Shown: in pieces, positions 57,317 through 64,000 of the stretch
Layout of the letters: each line of letters opens with the position of its first letter
Position numbering within the stretch: the stretch's first letter is position 1
Assembly (NCBI GenBank): GCA_964577305.1
Contig: CAZNYS010000011.1
Span: 1,507 to 65,506 of the forward strand
DNA length: 64,000 nucleotides
Direction of reading: 5' to 3'
DNA from: an uncultured Rikenellaceae bacterium
GTDB taxonomy: Bacteria; Bacteroidota; Bacteroidia; Bacteroidales; VadinHA17
The notes under the pieces: generated by a model
Seen by the model: only the letters and a program-made list of their open reading frames with translations
Databases searched by the model: none
What the model was told of the DNA's origin: nothing
Position numbers and translations under genes: made by a program

Positions 57317-58612
57317 ATGAAGATCGAGAATATCCTGATCACTCCATTCCAGAAATTCGTTAAAGTTGAAAGCCTGAGTGGTGTTTTACTGTTCGGGGCA
57401 ACTATTATAGCGCTTATATGGGCAAATTCACGCTTTGCCACGGTATATGATTCCATCTGGCAATATGAAATTGGGATTAAGACAGCTGATTTTGAGTTAT
57501 CCAAACCACTGATATTATGGATAAATGATGGTTTGATGGCTATCTTTTTCTTCCTGATAGGCCTGGAGATAAAGCGTGAAGTGATGATAGGGGAACTGAA
57601 TAACCTAAAGAAAGCCTCATTCCCCATATTTGCTGCACTTGGAGGCATGATAATACCTGTTAGCCTTTATATCATACTCAATAAAGATCCCGGAACATCA
57701 CATGGCTGGGGTATACCTGCAGCAACAGATATTGCCTTTTCACTTGCCATATTGCAATTACTTGGGAAAAGAGTGCCTGTAAGCCTTAAGGTTTTCCTGG
57801 CCGCTTTTGCAATTGTTGATGATATTGGAGCTGTTGTCCTTATAGCAGTATTTTACAGTACTGGCATAAAATGGGCTTTGCTGATAATCGCATTGGCAAT
57901 AATTATCATTCTTATTATCCTGTCTTCCAGGAGTATATACTCAAAATATTTATTTTTTATCGCAGGGTTTGTGGTCTGGCTCCTTTTCCTTAAAGCCGGT
58001 TTTCATCCTACTGTGGCTGGTGTTTTACTTGCCTTCACGATACCAATAAGAAAAAAGATTGATGTTAATACATATGCCGTTAATTTGTGCAGCATAGCAG
58101 ATAAGTTCAGGGATGCAGGCGATGGCAAAAGTCCTGTGCTGTCGAAAGAGCAGGTTGAATATATTGACGACCTGGAAGACTGGACAAGCAAGGTGCAATC
58201 CCCACTGCAGCATCTGGAGCACAGCCTGCATAACTGGGTGGCCTATCTAATTATACCAATTTTCGCTTTTGCAAATGCCGGTATTAACCTGAGCACAGGT
58301 ACTGATCTTAATTATGACCTGATACTGACAATAATGGTAAGCCTTTTTGCAGGAAAGTCAATTGGCATTTCATTGTTCACCTGGTTGGCCAGGAAATTCA
58401 AGCTTACAGTAATGCCGAAGGGAATAAACAACTGGCAATTAACGGGTATTACTTTCCTTGCAGGAGTGGGATTTACAATGTCAATATTTATTTCAAACAT
58501 CGCTTTTGCTGATAATCCTGCCGTGGTAAATTCAGCTAAAATAGGAATAATAGCCGGGTCATTGATCTCCGGGCTGACCGGCTATTTAATTCTCAGGTTC
58601 ACAGCAAAATGA
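57317..58612 (+). CDS. nhaA: Na+/H+ antiporter NhaA
   Basis: Typical NhaA N-terminus (FVKVESLSGVLLFGATIIALIWANS). Conserved IPAATDIAFSL and AIVDDIGAV motifs. About 11-12 TM segments. Confidence 0.9.
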   Translation: MKIENILITPFQKFVKVESLSGVLLFGATIIALIWANSRFATVYDSIWQYEIGIKTADFELSKPLILWINDGLMAIFFFLIGLEIKREVMIGELNNLKKASFPIFAALGGMIIPVSLYIILNKDPGTSHGWGIPAATDIAFSLAILQLLGKRVPVSLKVFLAAFAIVDDIGAVVLIAVFYSTGIKWALLIIALAIIIILIILSSRSIYSKYLFFIAGFVVWLLFLKAGFHPTVAGVLLAFTIPIRKKIDVNTYAVNLCSIADKFRDAGDGKSPVLSKEQVEYIDDLEDWTSKVQSPLQHLEHSLHNWVAYLIIPIFAFANAGINLSTGTDLNYDLILTIMVSLFAGKSIGISLFTWLARKFKLTVMPKGINNWQLTGITFLAGVGFTMSIFISNIAFADNPAVVNSAKIGIIAGSLISGLTGYLILRFTAK

Positions 58613-58616
58613 TTCA

Positions 58617-58683
58617 GGCTAAGGTCTGGATTGATGAAGTGGATCTCCAGATCCATACCTGCGTACGGCGGACAAGGTGAAGT
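58617..58683. repeat. GC-rich intergenic repeat, short copy (B)
   Basis: GGCTAAGG lies 4 nt after the nhaA stop codon. GGATCTCCAG, CTGCGTA and TACGGCGGACAAGG appear in the same order as in copy A, but the roughly 95-nt middle of A is missing. Confidence 0.75.
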
Positions 58684-58894
58684 TTATAAATGATGGAGAT
58701 TTTATACCGTATCCCCATATCAAACATTTTAGCAGTCAAACGATCAAACCTTTTTAAACCCACTCTCAACCCATTCTAAACCTTTTCAACCTAATAAGTA
58801 TTTATAGTTACTCAAATACCATTTTTTATCCTATTGCTGTATAAAAGCTTATTCTTTTCATTTGCATTTAGAATTATCCTAAATCAATTCCGAA

Positions 58895-59314
58895 ATGGAA
58901 GAGATTATAAAAGAAGCGGGAAAGCCCGGGGAATCAAGCGAAACAGTAGAGGCTAAAACTGCTGCAAAGACTAAAAAAAGATATCGCGGGAAAGTGCCTG
59001 CGCCACCCACTGTGCGCAAACAAAGGGTAACCCGCGACCGCCCGATTAAAAGTATAGTAAAAGCTATAACCTGGCGATTGATTGCTTCTGCTACAACTTT
59101 TGGGCTGGCATACCTTTTCTTTCACAAGGACCCGTATGCTGCCCAGAAGGCTACAGGCATAGCAATAGCTGAAGCATTTATAAAAATGTTATTATATTTC
59201 TTTCATGAAAGATTATGGGAACGTATTAGGTGGGGACGTATGCTGGTGATCATACGAAGGGGCACACGTAAGTCGAAGAGGTCAATAAGGAGGATAATAT
59301 TAATGAAACCCTGA
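58895..59314 (+). CDS. DUF2061 family membrane protein
   Basis: KAITWRLIASATTFGLAYLF ... IAIAEAFIKMLLYFFHERLW with basic N- and C-terminal tails. The stop codon overlaps the cysH start codon by 1 nt. Confidence 0.7.
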   Translation: MEEIIKEAGKPGESSETVEAKTAAKTKKRYRGKVPAPPTVRKQRVTRDRPIKSIVKAITWRLIASATTFGLAYLFFHKDPYAAQKATGIAIAEAFIKMLLYFFHERLWERIRWGRMLVIIRRGTRKSKRSIRRIILMKP

Positions 59315-60021
59315 TGATGGATAATAAAGCTGAAGAATTACTGTCTGTTTTGCATGATAAGAGCCCTGTAGATGGATTACAACTCCTTGCTGAGCTATAT
59401 CCCGGCGAGATTGTTTTTACAACAAGCTTCGGTATAGAAGACCAGGTTATCACCGATATGATCTTTTCAAATAATATTAAGATTGAAGTGATAACACTTG
59501 ATACCGGCCGGCTGTTCAAAGAAACATATAAGGTATTCAGCAAGACCATTGAAAAATATGGAAGGAACATAAAAACATATTTTCCTGATGCAAGCTCCGT
59601 AGAAAAGCTGCTTTCAGAAAAAGGTCCGTATAGTTTCTACGAATCAATTGAAAACAGGAAAGAATGCTGCCATATACGCAAGGTTGAGCCTCTCAACCGG
59701 GCCCTGGAAGGAATGAAGTGCTGGATCACTGGTATCCGGGCAACACAATCCTCAAGCCGTGATGAACTGGAAATGATAGAAACTGATGAAGAAAGGGGTA
59801 TATACAAATATAATCCTTTGCTTAACTGGGAATTAAGCGATGTGGAGGAGTATATTAAAAAGCATAATGTCCCATACAATATATTACATGACAAAGGTTA
59901 TGCAAGCATAGGTTGTGAGCCATGTACACGTGCTATTAAACCAGGCGAGGACCTCCGCGCCGGAAGGTGGTGGTGGGAATCCGGCTCCAGCAAGGAATGC
60001 GGCCTGCATGAGAATAATTAA
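59314..60021 (+). CDS. cysH: Thioredoxin-dependent adenylyl-/phosphoadenylyl-sulfate reductase (CysH), Fe-S cysteine-pair type
   Basis: PAPS_reduct fold. C-terminal redox motif KECGLH. Cys pairs KECCHIRKVEPL and SIGCEPCT, as found in the [4Fe-4S] APS-reductase class. Confidence 0.85.
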   Translation: MMDNKAEELLSVLHDKSPVDGLQLLAELYPGEIVFTTSFGIEDQVITDMIFSNNIKIEVITLDTGRLFKETYKVFSKTIEKYGRNIKTYFPDASSVEKLLSEKGPYSFYESIENRKECCHIRKVEPLNRALEGMKCWITGIRATQSSSRDELEMIETDEERGIYKYNPLLNWELSDVEEYIKKHNVPYNILHDKGYASIGCEPCTRAIKPGEDLRAGRWWWESGSSKECGLHENN

Positions 60022-60125
60022 GGCTAAGGTAAGACAGAAGGTTGTTTTATTTTTAAAGTTCTTAGCACTTCGCCCTTTGATTTGTGCCCTACGTAACCCA
60101 AAACCCAAACCGAGCTCCGAGAATA
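60022..60125. repeat. Possible divergent third copy (C) of the GGCTAAGG-initiated intergenic element
   Basis: GGCTAAGGT starts on the nucleotide right after the cysH TAA stop. Internal stem GCTAAG/CTTAGC. Only patchy similarity to copy A otherwise (TTCGCCC, CCTACG, AACCGAGCT). Confidence 0.4.
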
Positions 60126-60477
60126 GTGTAAATTTACTTAACCTCAACCTGTATAGAATTCACTTTCAGTATTTCTTTAAAGGTATTCAGCTCGTAATCC
60201 AATTTTATCCAAATCAAAATATTATTTAGGATATTACCGTTTATTAAAGCAGCTGGCAACTTGTTTGTTGCATATTTCATTTATCTGACATAAAAATACG
60301 ATAGCTGAAAGATGAAGTCAAATATATTTTTATATGCTTATAATCAGGATTTTTATTTAAGGTTCTTAGGGAGATTGATTGCTATTGACTAAATTGCATC
60401 TGATAATGCATTTTATATTGATATTGTGCAGACTCAATACTGTCAGTTTAATATATGTCAAATCAAATTGATAAGCA

Positions 60478-62142
60478 ATGGTAATATCAGACCGAATACC
60501 GATTACTGTAGGTGTTATAGGTCATCTTGATGTTATAACAACAGACGAACACAGGGTACAAATAGAAAAATTGTTCAGCGATCTGGCTGCAAAGTATCCC
60601 AATACACCTGTTCACCTTTTTTCCTCAATTGCAGAAGGTGCCGACAGGTTCGTTGCTGAAATCTTCTTAAATATGAAATGGGAAAATGAAGAATACCATG
60701 ATAGGTTCGAACTGATTGTCCCTTTGCCTTTTGATCCTGAAGAATACAAGGCAGACTTTGATGATTTTTCTGATAAAGAATTTGATGCCCTGCTTAAACA
60801 GGCAAAAAGAAGTTTTATCGTTGGCTATGATGGTAAAGAGATTGACAGGCCCCGTCAGTATTTAAAAACCGGCAAACTGGTAGCAGACAGTTCTATGATT
60901 CTGATTGCCCTGTGGGATGGAAAGGTGGGAAAGAAAGGAGGAACGGCTGATATAGTAAAACACAAAATAACGGGGGACGATGATACAGTTGCTGAAAGCA
61001 CATTTGAATATGATGGTACTGTCTTTATTTTACCCAGTCAAAGGGAACAGTCTCCAGATAATATTTCAAAAAAATATAAAAACATCGAATCTCTGTCCCT
61101 GGATCTTGTTCTAAAAGATGTTACACTGAGAGAGGCCCTTGAAAAAATTGAAGAGATAAACAGGGATTCAGTTCATATTGGTCAGGCCGACCTTGAAAAA
61201 TCACAACCATATTTGTTTAATAAGCCTGAGAAACTGAATATTCCTCAGAGGTCATTGATGGTATGGTATTCACTTCTTGATCAGTTATCACTGAAATGCA
61301 GGAAGAAAGATCTGATGGCTACTGCCTTGCTTTTTGTTTTAGGATTGTTCTTTATCCTGGGACTGGAAATATATTCAAATATATGGGTTAACAGACTTGT
61401 ACTGGCAGTTACTATGTCTCTTCTTGTTCTTGCGACCGCAGTATTGATTTATTCGAGGATAAAAAAAGATCATGCTAAATATTTATACAACAGGACCCTG
61501 GCAGAAGCTTTAAGAATCCAGTTTTACTGGAACTTTGCAGGGTTGCAGGAAAATGTCTCTGATTATATCCTGAGAATACACCGCAAGGAATTCACCTGGG
61601 TAAAACACATTCTTTCTGCTCTTTATGGACTAACATATAACACTAGATCCATAAATCCTGAAACAATAGAGGACCTTACAGATAACTGGATTAAAGACCA
61701 GGCCTCTTTTTTCAATTCTTCAATAATTAAGATGAACGAACGAATAACCCGTTATCACAGGGTATCCAATGTGGCATTTGTTATGGCATTTATTCTTTTT
61801 GTTTCAATATTCTTTCTGGGTACTTTCTATGCATCAAATGATTTTCTGCTTAACATATTACTGGTTATAGCTCCAATATTACTGGGGATCTTTGCTTTAA
61901 TCAGGACATATATTAATATGAAGGGATATGAGCAGTTAGTGAATCAGTATGAGCTGATGCAGGTTATTTATAAAAGAGCTGAAGCTAAGATTGCCGAGCT
62001 GCATCAAACACCTCTAAAATCAGGGGAGAGGGATTCGTATTTCAGGGAACTGTTTTTTGTTATCGGGAAAGAAGCACTTATCGAGAACGGTATCTGGTAC
62101 CTGATATTTAAAGAGAAAGAGCCGGAGCTTGAAGTTGGATGA
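60478..62142 (+). CDS. SLOG-like (LOG/DprA-type Rossmannoid) N-terminal domain fused to two 2TM SLATT/DUF4231-like membrane modules
   Basis: N-terminus ITVGVIGHLDV ... SSIAEGADRFVAEIFL ... LIALWDGKVGKKGGTADIVKH. Two hydrophobic hairpins follow: ALLFVLGLFFILGLEIY/LVLAVTMSLLVLATAVLIY and VAFVMAFILFVSIFFLGTFY/LLVIAPILLGIFALI. Each is preceded by an amphipathic helix. Confidence 0.55.
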   Translation: MVISDRIPITVGVIGHLDVITTDEHRVQIEKLFSDLAAKYPNTPVHLFSSIAEGADRFVAEIFLNMKWENEEYHDRFELIVPLPFDPEEYKADFDDFSDKEFDALLKQAKRSFIVGYDGKEIDRPRQYLKTGKLVADSSMILIALWDGKVGKKGGTADIVKHKITGDDDTVAESTFEYDGTVFILPSQREQSPDNISKKYKNIESLSLDLVLKDVTLREALEKIEEINRDSVHIGQADLEKSQPYLFNKPEKLNIPQRSLMVWYSLLDQLSLKCRKKDLMATALLFVLGLFFILGLEIYSNIWVNRLVLAVTMSLLVLATAVLIYSRIKKDHAKYLYNRTLAEALRIQFYWNFAGLQENVSDYILRIHRKEFTWVKHILSALYGLTYNTRSINPETIEDLTDNWIKDQASFFNSSIIKMNERITRYHRVSNVAFVMAFILFVSIFFLGTFYASNDFLLNILLVIAPILLGIFALIRTYINMKGYEQLVNQYELMQVIYKRAEAKIAELHQTPLKSGERDSYFRELFFVIGKEALIENGIWYLIFKEKEPELEVG

Positions 62143-62223
62143 CTTCAGTAACAGAAAGACCTGCGATAATGATTTTATCCAGGTTATATTTTTTTCGTAA
62201 CTTTATTTAAATGAATTGTTGAT

Positions 62224-64000
62224 ATGGCAAGTATAATTGAAGGATACGAATACGATATCTTTATCAGCTACAGGCAAAAGGACAACAAATACGATGGGTG
62301 GGTCACCGAGTTTGTCAATAATCTCCAGCGGGAACTGGATGCTACCTTTAAGGAAGATGTGTCGATATATTTCGATGAAAACCCACACGATGGATTGCTT
62401 GAGATTCATAATGTCGACAAAAGTCTTGAAACAAAACTCAAATCTGTGGTATTTATACCAATTATCTCCCAGACATACTGTGATCCGAAAAGCTTTGCAT
62501 GGCATAATGAATTTGTTGCATTCAACAAAATGGCAGGTGAAGATCAGTTTGGCAGGGATATTAAGCTGCCAGATGGCAATGTCTGCAGCAGGATTATACC
62601 TGTGAAAATTCATGATCTTGATCCGACCGACACTGAACTGGTTGAAAATGAGCTTGGCTGCAGGCTCCGTTCAATAGACTTCATTTTTTCGAGTGCCGGG
62701 GTGAACAGACCTTTAACACCTCACGATAATCCGGACAAGAATCTCAACAAGACTTATTACCGAGACCAGATCAATAAAGTGGCGAACGCTGTTAAGGAGA
62801 TCATTTACGGACTTCATCCTGATAAGAAAAAAAGGATCACAAAAACATACCAAACCAGGACTCAGGCAGGATACATTGATGAACCTGCTAAAATAATGGA
62901 TGGAAGAGATGCAAGACCAAAATGGTTGACCGGTAAGATAATTGCTCCCGTAGCCATAGGGATACTGGCAATACTTGCAATAATATATGTAATACCCAAA
63001 TTGTCGCAGAAAGCCGAAAAGCAAATATTACCTGACATATCAATAAGAAAAGCGGTTGCTGTAATGCCCGTTTCCAATTTTACAGGCGACCCTGAGATGG
63101 GCTGGATCGCTGATATGATCCAGAGTGATCTGACCGGCCAGCTTCAGGGTATCAGTAACCTGGTCGTAAGGCCAAAACAAACAACATTGCAGTTCAGGAA
63201 CAGTCAGGAACCGGTACAGGATATCGCCAGGAAACTGAGTGTAAATAACCTTATAGAAACTTCTATAAAGGGAACCGAGGATAAGCTTCAGGTGGAAATA
63301 ACGGTTCTTGAAGCATTCCCGGAAGAAAAATACCTGTATCGTTCTTCATTCACCCACAGTTTTTCTGAACTGGCAAATATATACAGTGATATGGTCAACC
63401 GGATACTCAAGGAAATGGAGGTTAAACCAACAGAAGATGAAGAGGCAACAATATCAGCAAGAACCGTTAACCCTGAAGTACGAAAAGCCTGTGCGCGGGG
63501 ATCATATTATATGAGTCAGCTTACCCAGGAGGGGTTTGAAAAAGGGGTGGAGTATTATGAAGAGGCTATAGCTATTGATCCTGCTGATCCTGAACCATAT
63601 ATAGGACTGGCACTGGGTTATGGAAGTGCCGGCCATGGTGCCGGTATTGCATCCCTTAATATGGCTAAAGCCTATGCCCTTAAAGCCATAGAACTCGATC
63701 CTGAGGAACTGCATCCCAATCTTGCCGATGCCCACGTAGTACTGGCTGAAACATATCTTTACCATGATTATGATTTTGTGAAAGCCGAACACCACCTGAA
63801 ACGAGCCATCGACCTTAATCCAAACAGCGCACCAGCCCATTATACATATGGATGGTATATTGCCCTGACCGACCAGGTGGATGAAGCCGCAGATGAGATG
63901 AGGATAGCCATGCAGATAAATCCCCTTGCTCCCATATGCCCGGGATACCTTGGCTGGATGTTTCAGTGGTTCGGCCGTTATGAGGAAGCAATAAGCTATG
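62224..64000 (+). CDS. TIR domain - TM - TolB_N-like - TPR protein (3' partial; not in the ORF track because no stop codon lies in the window)
   Basis: Manual translation from the ATG at 62224 (in-frame TGA at 62212) stays open for 592 codons to nt 64000. TIR start YDIFISYRQKDN and W..E motif FAWHNEF. TM segment IIAPVAIGILAILAIIYVI. Then VAVMPVSNFTGDPEMGWIADMIQSDL and TPRs (YYEEAIAIDPADPEPYIGLALGY...). Confidence 0.8.
   Translation, partial: MASIIEGYEYDIFISYRQKDNKYDGWVTEFVNNLQRELDATFKEDVSIYFDENPHDGLLEIHNVDKSLETKLKSVVFIPIISQTYCDPKSFAWHNEFVAFNKMAGEDQFGRDIKLPDGNVCSRIIPVKIHDLDPTDTELVENELGCRLRSIDFIFSSAGVNRPLTPHDNPDKNLNKTYYRDQINKVANAVKEIIYGLHPDKKKRITKTYQTRTQAGYIDEPAKIMDGRDARPKWLTGKIIAPVAIGILAILAIIYVIPKLSQKAEKQILPDISIRKAVAVMPVSNFTGDPEMGWIADMIQSDLTGQLQGISNLVVRPKQTTLQFRNSQEPVQDIARKLSVNNLIETSIKGTEDKLQVEITVLEAFPEEKYLYRSSFTHSFSELANIYSDMVNRILKEMEVKPTEDEEATISARTVNPEVRKACARGSYYMSQLTQEGFEKGVEYYEEAIAIDPADPEPYIGLALGYGSAGHGAGIASLNMAKAYALKAIELDPEELHPNLADAHVVLAETYLYHDYDFVKAEHHLKRAIDLNPNSAPAHYTYGWYIALTDQVDEAADEMRIAMQINPLAPICPGYLGWMFQWFGRYEEAISY

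Noticed and set aside
59915-60229. 104-aa plus-strand ORF running from the cysH 3' end across repeat copy C
   Set aside because: It stays open only because of the GC-rich repeat and the cysH alternative frame. The Gly/Pro/Ala-rich translation has no coding signature.
62203-62613. Track ORFs 62203..62613 (-) and 62237..62605 (+)
   Set aside because: Both lie inside the much longer open frame that starts at 62224 and has a clear TIR domain signature. They are alternative-frame artefacts.

Overview
Visibly AT-rich chromosomal segment that looks like Bacteroidota. Supporting signs are a T9SS C-terminal sorting domain, many lipobox lipoproteins, the pyrG-yidC pair, GH92/GH51/sulfatase genes and a phylum-typical GG leader peptide. 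I call about 43 protein genes and see no rRNA, tRNA, CRISPR array, transposase or integrase. Housekeeping and ordinary genes include pyrG, yidC, rsgA, nhaA, cysH, a C69 dipeptidase, a FecBCD-type ABC importer, a GT2, YihY and a BioG-like esterase. Three things deserve attention. (1) At 1.8-11.2 kb there is a regulatory/export locus. It is built around a 44-codon gene that the ORF track missed (3659-3793, minus strand) and that encodes a double-glycine leader peptide. Around it sit a membrane-anchored TPR-CHAT protease, an ECF-type sigma factor, an anti-sigma-like TPR membrane protein, a sensor-less histidine kinase and a C39-peptidase ABC exporter with its HlyD partner. (2) At 60.5-64.0 kb a SLOG-like domain fused to two 2TM (SLATT-like) modules is followed by a TIR-TM-TPR protein. 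The TIR ORF (62224 to the window end) is absent from the track because it has no stop codon in the window. The pairing follows Thoeris-like logic, a TIR signal maker plus a SLOG sensor-effector, in an architecture I do not recognise as a described system. (3) A GC-rich intergenic repeat family begins with GGCTAAGG immediately after stop codons, with copies at 40215, 58617 and possibly 60022. Two of the copies bracket the DUF2061-cysH module. Other notable features are two tandem fused LeuC-LeuD-like aconitase paralogs, a sulfatase/GH cluster lacking SusC/D in the window, a GT1/S41/beta-barrel operon, a 680-nt gene-free gap containing a perfect 13-bp long-range inverted repeat, and short phased or tandem A/C-rich repeats in two 5' leader regions. 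All functional calls rest on motif recognition by eye; no searches were run.
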